This document shows, piece after piece, positions 31,135-41,673 of a DNA stretch of 64,000 nt. The stretch is taken from contig OY970340.1 in the NCBI GenBank assembly GCA_963717465.1, forward strand, positions 864,001 to 928,000, in the 5' to 3' direction. This DNA comes from Candidatus Bathyarchaeota archaeon. GTDB lineage: Archaea > Thermoproteota > Bathyarchaeia > Bathyarchaeales > Bathycorpusculaceae. Numbering within the stretch: the stretch's first letter is position 1; each line of letters starts with the position of its first letter. The notes beneath the pieces were generated by a model that was given only the letters and a program-made list of their open reading frames with translations, was not told where the DNA came from and ran no database searches. Made by a program: the position numbers and the translations under genes.

Positions 31135-32418
31135 GTGCTTCAATTGGTCTACGGGTTCGGGATTGGTGGAACTGAAAAAGTAATGCAAACATTTTCTGAA
31201 CAATTAAGCAAGGAAATTTTTGATGTTTCAGTATGCGCTGTTTCGGGCGGCGGCATCAGAGAAAAAATGCTAAATGAACATGGCATCCCAACTTGCACTG
31301 CACAAAAACAAGAAGAACTCACTCGGCTACTAATAGATAAGAAAATCCAAATTATGCATGTTCATAGAGCAGGAAAAGAACAGCCCTTTGAAATTCTACG
31401 AGCGCAACAAGCTAAAGTGCCAGTCATAATAGAAACAAATGTTTTTGGAATGTATGATTCGAGTGAAACTGGAAAAGCTATAAACATGCATTTAATGGTT
31501 AGCAAGAATGCTGCCTTAAACTATGTTAAAAGGGGCAAAATTTCAATTCAAGACTTTACACAAAATTGCCGAGTATTGTACAATCCAATTGAAGTTGACA
31601 AATTCGAAAATTTTAGAGCTGACATCGATGCATTTAGAGCTAAATACGGGATTGATAACGATGAACCATTGATTGCCAGAGTTGGAAGGCCAGACCTTAT
31701 AAAATGGAGCCGTTTCACGGTAGACATGTTTAGGATATTGAACAAGAGAATGCCGAAAATCAGGTATTTAATTGTAGGTGGCATACCTGATACTATAAGA
31801 AAGGAATTTATCAAGATAGGCCTGGAGAAAAACATAATCGATGCTGGAGTTTTGTCTGAAGATGATCTTTTGACAGCCTACTATTGCATCGATGCTTTAG
31901 CACATTCTTCACAAATAGGCGAATCATTCGGAATCACGATTGCAGAGGCCATGGCAGCAAAAAAACCTGTAGTGGTGAACTCCACGCCTTGGGCGGACAA
32001 TGCGCAAGTTGAACTTGTCGACCACAACGTGACGGGTTTAATTGCTAATTCACCAAGAACGTACGCGGAGGCCATTGTTCATCTGCTTGAAAACAAGAAA
32101 GAAACTGCTAAGATGGGTCAAGCAGGTTACGAGAAAGTGAAAAAAGAATATGACGCCAAAAAGGTAACCAAGCTTCTTGAGAAAATCTACATCACTCAAC
32201 TAAACAAAAAGACAGGAGGAGTAAGCAAAGAAATTACCGCAAAATATACAGATTTGGAGTATTCGCCTTCAGACAATGATATGCTCAATTTCCCTGAAGA
32301 ATACAAAAAAAGGCTAGCAAATCAGTTTGACAAGTTAACTATTTTTGAAAAAGTGTCACTTGAAGTCAGACCAAAATTAAGAGTACTGAAGAAGACTTTA
32401 CGCAATCTTCTTAGCTAA
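31135..32418 (+). CDS. GT4 glycosyltransferase
   Basis: GGTE, ESFGITIAEAM. Confidence 0.9.
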   Translation: MLQLVYGFGIGGTEKVMQTFSEQLSKEIFDVSVCAVSGGGIREKMLNEHGIPTCTAQKQEELTRLLIDKKIQIMHVHRAGKEQPFEILRAQQAKVPVIIETNVFGMYDSSETGKAINMHLMVSKNAALNYVKRGKISIQDFTQNCRVLYNPIEVDKFENFRADIDAFRAKYGIDNDEPLIARVGRPDLIKWSRFTVDMFRILNKRMPKIRYLIVGGIPDTIRKEFIKIGLEKNIIDAGVLSEDDLLTAYYCIDALAHSSQIGESFGITIAEAMAAKKPVVVNSTPWADNAQVELVDHNVTGLIANSPRTYAEAIVHLLENKKETAKMGQAGYEKVKKEYDAKKVTKLLEKIYITQLNKKTGGVSKEITAKYTDLEYSPSDNDMLNFPEEYKKRLANQFDKLTIFEKVSLEVRPKLRVLKKTLRNLLS

Positions 32419-33564
32419 CTTTACAAGATCTTCAGCGATAACTTTTCTGTCTAAAACTTTTCTCCAGCACTGTGCAATTTCTTGAATGTTATATAAACCA
32501 CTATCCCATTTCTGCGCATCCTCTAATAACGCATTCAAAATGGGCTTCATCTTAAAATTCGACGATATAGTTCCAGAGAAACCCTGTCGAGTTAGAAACT
32601 GTAAACTTTCAATTGGTGTACCTACTACTGAACAACCCATGCAGAGTGCTTCTCCAGAAGAGATGGAGAAGCTTTCCCATCGAGAAGGAACAAAAAATAT
32701 TTTCCCATTTGCAAGATAATCTATAATTTTTGGGCGCTCAACAAAATCGTAAATTGTAATTCTTTCAGTAATGTTCGTGGGCAAATTTCCAACCATTTTA
32801 CGTATTATTTGAGCGCCTCTGCCAAAAATTATTGCTCTGTAATCCTTGCGGGCTTTCAAGAATTCAACAAGAGCCTTTACCATGATTCGGGTGTTTTTTT
32901 GTTTGTAATCATTCCATCGACCATAAGAAACGACAATATTATCTTTCTTGCTTAGGGGAGCTTCAAGAAACTCAGGTGTTACGGGATTTGGCATGAAAAA
33001 AAGTTTTTTAGTCAAATCTGGTCTTTTCCAGAAAACTAAGAAACGCTTCAGATTGTCGAGTGCATTAGGGCTTTCAATCAAAACCGCGTCGCTTAATTCT
33101 ATATGCTTAATTCTTTGGGATGCTCGTTCTGAATGAAGTTTTTTGAAGGGTAAGTGCCAAAAAATGTAACGGATAACATTGCGTGCAGAGAAATCTTCAA
33201 GCAATGGAATTCTTAAAAGAACATTACCCAAGGGATATCCTATTCTGCCGTCACTATCTGCTTTAACGATGACTTTCTTGCCGGCAAATTTCATTTTTTC
33301 TAAAATGGGCGTGTATGATTCGGAAATCCATGAATAGAACAAGATGACATCAGAGTCCAATTTCGTCCAGAACTTTTCGTTTACGAAAGTTTCATAGGAG
33401 TACTGTTCGAAGGCAAAATTCGGTTTATAATCAGTTAGTTCCTCTCTTTTGCTACAAATTATATCTGCATTAACGTGTAAATCATTCAAACCCAAGACAA
33501 TTTGTACCGGATCTTTGGTTTCAAGCAATTTCTCATAAATGTCTATAAAAATCGATATTTTCAT
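32398..33564 (-). CDS. GT4 glycosyltransferase
   Basis: PSRWESFSISSGEAL. Confidence 0.85.
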   Translation of the reverse strand: MKISIFIDIYEKLLETKDPVQIVLGLNDLHVNADIICSKREELTDYKPNFAFEQYSYETFVNEKFWTKLDSDVILFYSWISESYTPILEKMKFAGKKVIVKADSDGRIGYPLGNVLLRIPLLEDFSARNVIRYIFWHLPFKKLHSERASQRIKHIELSDAVLIESPNALDNLKRFLVFWKRPDLTKKLFFMPNPVTPEFLEAPLSKKDNIVVSYGRWNDYKQKNTRIMVKALVEFLKARKDYRAIIFGRGAQIIRKMVGNLPTNITERITIYDFVERPKIIDYLANGKIFFVPSRWESFSISSGEALCMGCSVVGTPIESLQFLTRQGFSGTISSNFKMKPILNALLEDAQKWDSGLYNIQEIAQCWRKVLDRKVIAEDLVKLAKKIA

Positions 33565-33739
33565 TTGTAGCTTATCACGAAATTACTTATCTATGCTTGC
33601 TGTATATAAGCGATAAACACAGTTTCTTAATTAATTCAACCGATTTTTTCCAATTGAAGGAAAAAAGAAGCATATTTACCAGCATAAGGATTTATAATTA
33701 GCTAAAATATTCACTACTTCAAGACGGCAACTGAAGCGC

Positions 33740-35243
33740 ATGATAAAAATAAGACTCGATGTCGATTATCCGTATCCTTCACGGCTTAAAAGTTTTGTTT
33801 ATGTAGGATTAAACAGGAAAAAACCAGGCAAAGATTACCTTAAAAATTCAAAGATAATCGCCATGATGATAAACGAGTCGAAAAAAGATGTGAAAGCTTA
33901 CTGGTTCTTCACACCTTACACTATTCCAGACAAGGAACTTCTCGAAATGCTCGCATCCGGACAAGCATGAAGTAGCCCTTCACGTTGCCAACGATCCCTA
34001 CGGAGAATTGTCCCAATTAGAAAAAGCAACAGGACGTAAAGTAACATACTATACAGTACATGGAACCGATCGCCTGTTTGCAAGGATAATGTGGCGCAGA
34101 AAACTCTCTGAAGCCAGAAAACCGATTCCAAACAATTTCCCATTAAAGTCGTTTTATGAATACCCAACATTTTCTCTGGACGTGTTATGCTACGACAAAC
34201 CATTTGAACAAGCCAAGGCTTTTGCGGAAGAAAAAATTTCGGAAGGATTAGTCGTACATGTTCACCCTGAATGGATTTTTCAAAGTGGAAAACGAATTAA
34301 TCATAGAGGACCATATTACAGCGTTTTTAAAGAAATTCTTGATGTTGATAACGAGCTGAACGATGTTGGCTTTCGTAAAAAAGTTTTCTTCAAAATTGCC
34401 AGCTACACAGATTTCAAAGAAGATGGTTTTGATTTAGCTTCATCTGAACAGTTCAAGAAGAAACTAGTCATTCGAGATATAGACCTATTTTCGTTTGCTG
34501 AACACAAAGAGTCAAGCGGCAACAGCCAAAATTACCCCAGTTACTGGACTAAAGAAGCAGATAATATCGCTCTTCTTCACATTTCTTCGTTCGACAAGTG
34601 GTGGAACAGCGTCGGAAAGAAAACGCGAAATATGGTTCGTAAAGCAGAGAAAAGCGACATTAAAACAATCGCGGTAGAACCAAACGATGATTTAGCTAAG
34701 GGCATATGCAACATTTATAACGAAACACCTATCCGTCAAGGAAGAGCTTTCCCGCATTTTGGTAGCACACTTAAAGACGCTGAAATATACGTCAACTCAA
34801 TATCCAATTCAACTTTTATCGGAGCTTTCTTTAAGGAAGAGCTTGCAGGCTTTATACAACTTGTTTATCATGATGACATGGCCGTTATTGCACAAATTCT
34901 TTCCCTGCAAAAATACTGGGATAAAGCAATTAACAATGCGCTTGTTGCAAAAGCCGTTGAAATTTGTGCAGAAAAAAAAGTTCAAAAGTTGATGTATGGC
35001 AGAATAGGAAATCATCCATCACTTGACAACTTTAAAGAAAACAACAAATTCGTTAAATATAAAATAACTCGATATTATGTACCTTTAACTTTAAGGGGCA
35101 AAGTAGCCATTAAATTAAACCTTCACAAAGAAGTCAAAGATACACTTCCTGGACCATTAAAGAAACCGCTATTTCCTTTCTTTAACTGGATTAGCCGAAC
35201 AAAAGTCAAGATACGACTAAAACTGCATCCTAAATCAATTTAA
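33740..35243 (+). CDS. polysaccharide-deacetylase-like domain fused to FemAB/GNAT-like domain, one frameshift ~33960
   Basis: RLDVD..HEVALH (across frames), VHPEW; KKTRNMVRKAEK, FKENN. Confidence 0.65.
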
Positions 35244-35427
35244 CTGGGTAATTTGTCTTTCTAAATAATAATGCACAACTTCAAATTAACTTAATATTAC
35301 CTCTTTATCCAAAAGGCAGTCGAGCAATTAACGAAAAACTATTACGTTAAAAAGTATATGAATTGTCTAATGTTCATGCAAGAAACCTCAATATACTAAA
35401 AAAACAAGTTGACCTGAGATTAGGAAA

Positions 35428-36519
35428 ATGGAAAAAGAAAAGCCAAACGAAGAGCCGAATGGAAAAGAAAAATTGAAGATAAATTTTAGTTCTTTGAACA
35501 TGGGTCTTAGCGGTGGAACACGCGTCATTTTGGAACTAGCAATACGTCTGCAAGCCATGGGTCATACAGTGACTATAAACGCTATCGGAAGAAATGGAGA
35601 TACAGAATGGTTTGGAGATATCCCAAACATCAAAGTGAATTACAAGTTTCCTTCTAAAATTTCAAGATTATTGCATCAAAAAATACTAAAAGAATCATAC
35701 TTGGACGTTCAAGCCAAATTATTAAGCAAAATGATTGCCCAGTCTGAATGCGACATAAATGTAGCAACATACTGCTTAACTGCTTTGCCTACTTTTGAAA
35801 GCAAAAAAGGCAAGGGGTTTTATCTAGTACAAAACTATGAACCATTGTTCTTTAAAGACCCAATCCATAAGGCGATGGCTGAAAAATCGTATAAACTCCC
35901 CCTAACAAAACTTTGCGTGTCAAAATGGTTGCAACAAAAAGTTGGCGGAAACTGGATTGGAAACGGAGTTAATACTAACACGTTCCATAAACGGAATTCT
36001 TTCGAAGAAAAAGAACCAAAAAGCATATTGTACATCTACAGGGACATTCCTTGGAAAGGAGATACCTTAGCCTTAGAAACGCTCAAACAACTGCACGATT
36101 TATGCCCAGAAACTTCAATCCATATAGCTTCAAGAAAAAAAATCGAGATAAATCAAAAATTCCCATTCAAACTGCACACTAATTTAACGGATAACGAATT
36201 GGCGGAACTTTACTCAAAAGTCGCCGTTTTATTGTTCACAAGCGATTTTGAAGGATATGGGCTACCACCCTTGGAGGCGTTCGCATGTGGAACAAATGTG
36301 GTATCGACCAACTTTACAGGAAACGATTACTTAGTTGATTCTGAAAACTGTTTCTTAGCAAGCAACGCAAGAGACTTAGCTAATGCGGCTCTGAAACTCT
36401 TTAACGGCAAAGAATTAGCCAAAAAGCAATTAGAGCGAGCACAACTGACAGTAGACGAGCATGATTTTGATTTGGTAGCTGAAAGAATGCTTGCACTTTT
36501 TAAAGGAGGATTTGAATAA
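35428..36519 (+). CDS. GT4 glycosyltransferase
   Basis: SGGTRVI, EGYGLPPLEAFACG. Confidence 0.9.
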   Translation: MEKEKPNEEPNGKEKLKINFSSLNMGLSGGTRVILELAIRLQAMGHTVTINAIGRNGDTEWFGDIPNIKVNYKFPSKISRLLHQKILKESYLDVQAKLLSKMIAQSECDINVATYCLTALPTFESKKGKGFYLVQNYEPLFFKDPIHKAMAEKSYKLPLTKLCVSKWLQQKVGGNWIGNGVNTNTFHKRNSFEEKEPKSILYIYRDIPWKGDTLALETLKQLHDLCPETSIHIASRKKIEINQKFPFKLHTNLTDNELAELYSKVAVLLFTSDFEGYGLPPLEAFACGTNVVSTNFTGNDYLVDSENCFLASNARDLANAALKLFNGKELAKKQLERAQLTVDEHDFDLVAERMLALFKGGFE

Positions 36520-36604
36520 ATAACTAACTATGAAGTTACCTTTCAGATTAATGATTTTACTTCCGCTAAAAATGGACGATTTGCTTGGTTAAGATGGAAT
36601 TAAA

Positions 36605-37645
36605 ATGAGTAAAATGGTATCTAAAACAGGCAGGGCAGTAGGGCACCTCAGCAATGGCATATACTGCACAGTTTGCCTCAATCAAGGCAAAATATTGAAG
36701 CCAAAATATCTTTGGCTGGAAGTAACTGATAAATGCAATAGTAGATGCGAGTATTGTAACATATACAAGAAGAAGCCAACGGCTGATCCCCTCTCTCCAG
36801 AGGAAATCAAAAAGATTCTTTCAAGCTCCTTGTTTAGCCAAGTTAGTTACATAATCAATTCTGGTGGTGAACCGACAGTCAGATCAGATGTTCTTGATAT
36901 TTTTTTGGCTGAACATGAAGCACTTCCAAAAGCGACATTGCAATATTCCACCAACGGTCTACTTCCAGAAAGAATCCTATCAGTAGTCAAAGAGTTATGT
37001 CGAAGGAACATTAAGGTTGATGTCGGAATAAGCTTGGATGGTATAGGCGATGCACATGATAAAATCCGCGGCGTAAAAGGCAATTTTGAAAAAGTTGATT
37101 ATCTCGTCAAGAAACTCGTAGAAACTCAAGCTTCCGTCTCGCTAGGGTCAACCTTGACAGCTAAGAATCTTCAAGATAACATTCAAGCCAGAAAATACGC
37201 AAAGAACTTGAAAATCCCCTTTATGTATCATTGGTTTAATACTTCAGAATTCTATGATAACCAAGGATCAAATAACGACCTTTATTCAAAAAAGCAAGAA
37301 ATAATCCAAGAAATAAAACAAACAGTACCAAACGGAATATACAAGGAAATGTGGATTAAAGAGGTCGAAAGCAAACAGCAACCAAAATTCCAGTGTTTTG
37401 CTCTGAATACGTTTGCAGTGCTAAAATGCAATGGGGATATAGCGCCATGTCTCTCGTTATGGGACAAAAACATCGGCAATGTCAGAAACGAGGACCCTCA
37501 AAAAGTCTGGAATAGCGTCAAGGCACAACAAGTAAGAAGAGAAATAAGGTATTGCAAAGGATGCCTAAATAGTTGGGGTGTAAGCTGGAGCTTGGCGAGC
37601 AGCTACTACCAAAATCTATTCTATAAAATAAGAAATAAAAAATAA
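36605..37645 (+). CDS. radical SAM/SPASM protein
   Basis: CNSRCEYC, SGGEP, SLDG, GDIAPC. Confidence 0.9.
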   Translation: MSKMVSKTGRAVGHLSNGIYCTVCLNQGKILKPKYLWLEVTDKCNSRCEYCNIYKKKPTADPLSPEEIKKILSSSLFSQVSYIINSGGEPTVRSDVLDIFLAEHEALPKATLQYSTNGLLPERILSVVKELCRRNIKVDVGISLDGIGDAHDKIRGVKGNFEKVDYLVKKLVETQASVSLGSTLTAKNLQDNIQARKYAKNLKIPFMYHWFNTSEFYDNQGSNNDLYSKKQEIIQEIKQTVPNGIYKEMWIKEVESKQQPKFQCFALNTFAVLKCNGDIAPCLSLWDKNIGNVRNEDPQKVWNSVKAQQVRREIRYCKGCLNSWGVSWSLASSYYQNLFYKIRNKK

Positions 37646-37808
37646 TATATTTGGTCTGCTCGTTATCTTATTTTTTCTCATTTAGATTTAGATTTATGAA
37701 TTTGTTCACGAAAAAATCTTTACATTATTAGGGTCAAGCGTAAAAATTAACCGAGCCCCTAATCTGGACTGATTAAGCAGAATTAAAAAACAGCTTTCTA
37801 ATCTTTTA

Positions 37809-38033
37809 TTATTTGGATCTGGAAGTTTGCGTTCTTTTGCTACCTCTGCTTTCTCCTCCTTTTTTTCCAATTTCCTTGAAAAATTCTGATCCGCGTTCTT
37901 TAGCTACTTTTTCGCCTCCTTTTTTTCCAATTTCCTTGAAAAACTCAGAACCTCTTTCCTTAGCTACTTTTTCGCCTCCTTTTCTACCGGCTTCTGCGCG
38001 AGTCATTTTGCTTCTTTTTTCTTCACTTTTCAT
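37809..38033 (-). CDS. KGG-repeat general stress protein (GsiB/Em-like)
   Basis: AEAGRKGG and two 20-aa repeats; SD GGAGGTGA. Confidence 0.88.
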   Translation of the reverse strand: MKSEEKRSKMTRAEAGRKGGEKVAKERGSEFFKEIGKKGGEKVAKERGSEFFKEIGKKGGESRGSKRTQTSRSK

Positions 38034-38155
38034 AGTCAAGTTTTTCACCTCCAATTTTTTTAACAAGAAGAGAAAATCCATAACACTTTACAGAGAAAAC
38101 GAACTCAAATGAACATTATAAAATGCAGGTCAAATGCTAAAAAATAGTTCCACAT

Positions 38156-38440
38156 TTACTTTATTTTTCCAATCTCTTTTGTTACGTCTATCGGCGAGCT
38201 ATACGTCTTGTCAGGCAATTTGTTTATTAATTTCATAACGTCTTCAGAAGCGCCTTTTCCCTGTGCGTTGCTTGCCAACTTTTCTTTTCCAGCTGGGTAA
38301 TGGATGCCTCCGAGATATCTTTCAACTATTGCCGGACTAACATGACCTGAGCCTCCGCTTTTGTCGGTATATTGCCTTCTTAATCCTCTGCCTTGCCCGA
38401 TTCCTCTACGCCGAGTTACTTCACCCTCTTGCTTACTCGT
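38156..38440 (-). CDS. DUF2795-like protein with ACG at the expected start position
   Basis: hand translation ...YLGGIHYPAGKEKL...LPDKTYSSPIDV; SD GGAGGTGA just upstream of ACG; missed by ORF track. Confidence 0.75.
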   Translation of the reverse strand, partial: TSKQEGEVTRRRGIGQGRGLRRQYTDKSGGSGHVSPAIVERYLGGIHYPAGKEKLASNAQGKGASEDVMKLINKLPDKTYSSPIDVTKEIGKIK

Positions 38441-38500
38441 AGTTTTTCACCTCCAATTTACCCTGTAAACGCTGGCGCTGAAAAATCGATAATAAAAACA

Positions 38501-38674
38501 CTACTTTGTTTCTTCATAATCCTTTCCTTCCTGTATCAATTTCCTAACTTTCTGTCCGCCTTTGTGACCTATCTCACTATAAAATTCGTCGCCATGCGTT
38601 TCAGCGGTTTTTTGACCGCCCATTCGTCCAGCTTCCTCCACAGTCATCTTGCCCTTCCTTTTCTCATGAGACAA
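38501..38674 (-). CDS. KGG-repeat stress protein
   Basis: MTVEEAGRMGG..FYSEIGHKGG; TTG start after SD. Confidence 0.85.
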   Translation of the reverse strand: MSHEKRKGKMTVEEAGRMGGQKTAETHGDEFYSEIGHKGGQKVRKLIQEGKDYEETK

Positions 38675-38730
38675 ATGTGTTATCACCTCCTAAGCTAAAA
38701 TCCACAAAAAACATGAAACTTCTAAAGCCT

Positions 38731-38913
38731 CTATTTTTTTTCGCGGGCTTTCCCTTGTTCAATTAATTTTCGAACTCTTTGCCCGCCTTTATGACCAATT
38801 TCTTCGTAGAATTTTCGTCCATGTGTCTCAGCGGTTTTTCTTCCGCCCTTCTGACCGCCTTTTCGTCCAGCCTCTTCAACGCTCATTTGACCTTTTTCTC
38901 TCTCCTGCGCCAA
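38731..38913 (-). CDS. KGG-repeat stress protein
   Basis: MSVEEAGRKGG..FYEEIGHKGG. Confidence 0.85.
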   Translation of the reverse strand: MAQEREKGQMSVEEAGRKGGQKGGRKTAETHGRKFYEEIGHKGGQRVRKLIEQGKAREKK

Positions 38914-38982
38914 TCAATTCACCTCCCATTTTTGGCAGAAACGGCGCAAAATGTGGATTGCATTAACATTCGAGAATAGGAC

Positions 38983-39243
38983 TTATTTTTTTTCATATGC
39001 TCTTCCCTGTTGGATGAGTTTTCGTACTCTTTGGCCGCCTCTGTGGCCTGCTTCTTCAAGACTTGTTTTGCCTCTGGCTTCGGGTGAACCTTCATGTTGC
39101 TTAGCCCTTTTCGATCCACCTTTACTGCCTATTACACTGTAAAACTCTTCACCATGAGTTTTAGCTGTTCTTTGACCACCTCGTCTTCCAGCTTCTGCTA
39201 CGGTCATTTTGCCTTTTCTCTTCTCGGTTTCACTTCGACTCAA
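38983..39243 (-). CDS. KGG-repeat stress protein (paralog of 40246-40563)
   Basis: MTVAEAGRRGG; TTG start after SD. Confidence 0.85.
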   Translation of the reverse strand: MSRSETEKRKGKMTVAEAGRRGGQRTAKTHGEEFYSVIGSKGGSKRAKQHEGSPEARGKTSLEEAGHRGGQRVRKLIQQGRAYEKK

Positions 39244-39425
39244 AAACGAATTCACCTCCATCAAAAAACAGGTTACTACTAACCTCAATTTTTCTAGCCA
39301 GAAACGCACCTTTTAACATATGTGGCTGGCATAATACAATAACAATTGCTTTACTAAGTTGACTTTTAAGCGCAAAGTCAAAAATAGAGAAATTCTAGCT
39401 TTTTATAAAACAAAGGATTTCATGT

Positions 39426-39923
39426 TTACGCTATGGTGAGCTTCTTTGTCTCAACCAGTTCCTTCTTTGGAAGAGTAATCTGCAGTATGCCATCATTCAA
39501 GTTTGCTTGAGCTTGATTGGAATTAATTTCCTGGGGGAACGTTATCTTTCTGAAATAGGATTCAGCGGCTCTTTCTTTGCGTACATAGCGCTTTTTCTTA
39601 TCTTCTTCCTCTTTCGACACGCCTTTTGCAGCTTGAATTGTCACGTAGTCATCAGTAACTTCAATGTTTAATTCCTCTTTCTTAAATCCCGGCATATCGA
39701 CAGTTACAAAAAAATCTTTTTCCCGATCTTCAATATCAACAAAAGGCATTTCTGACCGCCATGGTGCTATTTCTCCATGCCTCTTTGGCAAGTCAAAGAA
39801 ATCTTCAAAATCGCGAGTAATTCTATCTATTGCGCGATTAATATCCCTTTGGACATCACTTGACGCATAAAGCATTACGGGTTCCTTTTTTGACTCTTGA
39901 TTTTTCTTTTCTTTTTCTCCCAA
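39426..39923 (-). CDS. small heat-shock protein Hsp20
   Basis: DMPGFKKE, ANLNDGILQITLPK. Confidence 0.93.
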   Translation of the reverse strand: MGEKEKKNQESKKEPVMLYASSDVQRDINRAIDRITRDFEDFFDLPKRHGEIAPWRSEMPFVDIEDREKDFFVTVDMPGFKKEELNIEVTDDYVTIQAAKGVSKEEEDKKKRYVRKERAAESYFRKITFPQEINSNQAQANLNDGILQITLPKKELVETKKLTIA

Positions 39924-39972
39924 AATATCCCTCCTTCAAACCGTTAAATTCCAAAATTGGAAAGACTTGTGA

Positions 39973-40170
39973 TTATTCTTCGCTTTCTTTTCCCTCTTTG
40001 ACTAGCTTGCGAACTCTTTGGCCGCCTTTGGGTCCACCTATTTTTCCACCTTTTCGGCCAATTTCACTGTAAAACTCTTCGCCATGAGTTGCAGAAGTCT
40101 TCAATCCCCCTTTTCGTCCTGCTTCTTCAACGGTCATTTTTCCTTTCTTTTGTTCATCAGACAAACGCAT
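39973..40170 (-). CDS. KGG-repeat stress protein
   Basis: MTVEEAGRKGG..FYSEIGRKGG. Confidence 0.85.
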   Translation of the reverse strand: MRLSDEQKKGKMTVEEAGRKGGLKTSATHGEEFYSEIGRKGGKIGGPKGGQRVRKLVKEGKESEE

Positions 40171-40245
40171 CGTCACCTCCTTTTTATAAAAGCACTATTC
40201 TTAAAAGACAGAAAATTCGAAAAATAGGTTGAATTTGCTGTTATT

Positions 40246-40563
40246 TTATTCTTCGCTCTCCTTTCCTTGTTGAATGAGTTTTCGTACTCTTTGGCCGCCT
40301 CTGTGGCCTGCTTCTTCAAGACTTGTTTTGCCTCTGGCTTCGGGTGAACCTTCATGTTGCTTAGCTCTTTCAGAGCCACCTTTACTACCGATTTCACTGT
40401 AAAATTCAGGTCCTCGTTCCTCGGACACTTTCTCGCCGCCTTTCCGGCCAATTTCCTCGTAAAACTCTTTGCCGTGAGTTTCAGATGTTTTTTGTCCGCC
40501 TCGTCTTCCAGCTTCTGCTACGGTCATTTTGCCTTTTCTCTTCTCGGTTTCACTTCGACTCAA
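40246..40563 (-). CDS. KGG-repeat stress protein
   Basis: near-identical to 38983-39243 with one extra 20-aa repeat. Confidence 0.88.
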   Translation of the reverse strand: MSRSETEKRKGKMTVAEAGRRGGQKTSETHGKEFYEEIGRKGGEKVSEERGPEFYSEIGSKGGSERAKQHEGSPEARGKTSLEEAGHRGGQRVRKLIQQGKESEE

Positions 40564-40785
40564 AAACGAATTCACCTCCGTTAATACTTCCAAAAACAAG
40601 TTCCTAATTTATAGAAGCCGAAATACCGCTCATAAACCTATGTGGTTGTTGCATAACAATAACATGCCCTTGCATAACAAAACCAGAGAAAGCCAACAAA
40701 TTGTTAACATTTGTTGTTGTTTACGGTTGTCCTAAGCACTTGAAAATTCGTTTTTTTAGAAAATAATTCTTTAAGAAAGATGAAG

Positions 40786-40882
40786 CGGGCCCGCTGGGAT
40801 TTGAACCCAGGATTTTCGGCTTTCTTCCGCTTAAAGAAGCGTCCGGAGGCCGACGCCTTAATCCGTACTAGACTACGAGCCC
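40786..40882 (-). tRNA. tRNA-Arg(CCG) with 21-nt intron at canonical 37/38 position (40822-40842)
   Basis: GGGCTCG/CGGGCCC acceptor, TCGGC-CTCCGG..A-GCCGA anticodon arm, GGTTCAAATCC. Confidence 0.92.
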
Positions 40883-40935
40883 AAGATATTGGAATATAGA
40901 CCAAAAGGTCTTTAGGATTTAAAGCTAGCCGCTTG

Positions 40936-41436
40936 TTATTCTTGGACTAATTCTTCGCTTATCCACCAGGCTTTTTTCTTTCCTGATTTTTCTCCTCCGT
41001 AAAAATCAATGATTGGTTTCCCCAGTTGTTTGCTTGAGTTGCGCTGAATTTTTCTTAGCCTGTTTAGAATAAGCCACCTGTTTGTTTTGACGTAGTCAGC
41101 AAGCTCCGGTGTTGTGGCGCCCTTGTAATGGAGCAGGTAATCCATTATTTTATGGTCTAATTCGTCAATGCAGAATGAATAGGGGTTTATTTTTCCATGC
41201 TGATACGTGAGAAGCTCCAAATCTGCCAGGTATTTTCTAACTTCTCCGAATTCTTGTTCGATTTTTTTCATTCGCTCTTCCAAAGCTAAAAGTTTGTCTG
41301 GTTTAGGTGTTTTTTGTAGTTTTTCACTTATCGCCTCTCGGATAAAGTTGCTCCTGTCTCCTTCTGGGATGCGCAAAATCATTTCTTCATAGACATCTTC
41401 AGGAAGTTTAACTGAGACTACTCTAACTTCGCTCAT
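40936..41436 (-). CDS. ribbon-helix-helix + coiled coil + winged-helix regulator
   Basis: VVSVKLP..RSNFIREAI; ELDHKIMDYL..ATTPELA. Confidence 0.75.
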   Translation of the reverse strand: MSEVRVVSVKLPEDVYEEMILRIPEGDRSNFIREAISEKLQKTPKPDKLLALEERMKKIEQEFGEVRKYLADLELLTYQHGKINPYSFCIDELDHKIMDYLLHYKGATTPELADYVKTNRWLILNRLRKIQRNSSKQLGKPIIDFYGGEKSGKKKAWWISEELVQE

Positions 41437-41673
41437 GACTGTTTCTCCGGTATACGTGATTACGCTTTTTGTCTATTTCATTTTTTCTTTATTTAAAAGT
41501 ACTAAAACTGGTTTATAATTCCGTAAGCTGTCAAAATTGAGCGTTATTGGTCGATAAGATTTGATAAATGGTTTATTAATTATTTATATTGAATTAAAAT
41601 ATATAAGATTGAAAAGGAAAGTTTTAGTATGTAGAATTAGTTGAATTGTTACTTGAAATGGTGACTATTGAGA

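Noticed and set aside
37840..37985. 60-bp tandem repeat resembling a CRISPR array
   Set aside because: No unique spacers; it encodes 20-aa KGG repeats.
38919..40451. Duplicated ORFs containing MKVHPKPEAKQVLKK
   Set aside because: Frame-shifted readings of the duplicated KGG genes.
40822..40842. tRNA-Arg intron as a novelty
   Set aside because: Canonical 37/38 archaeal intron.
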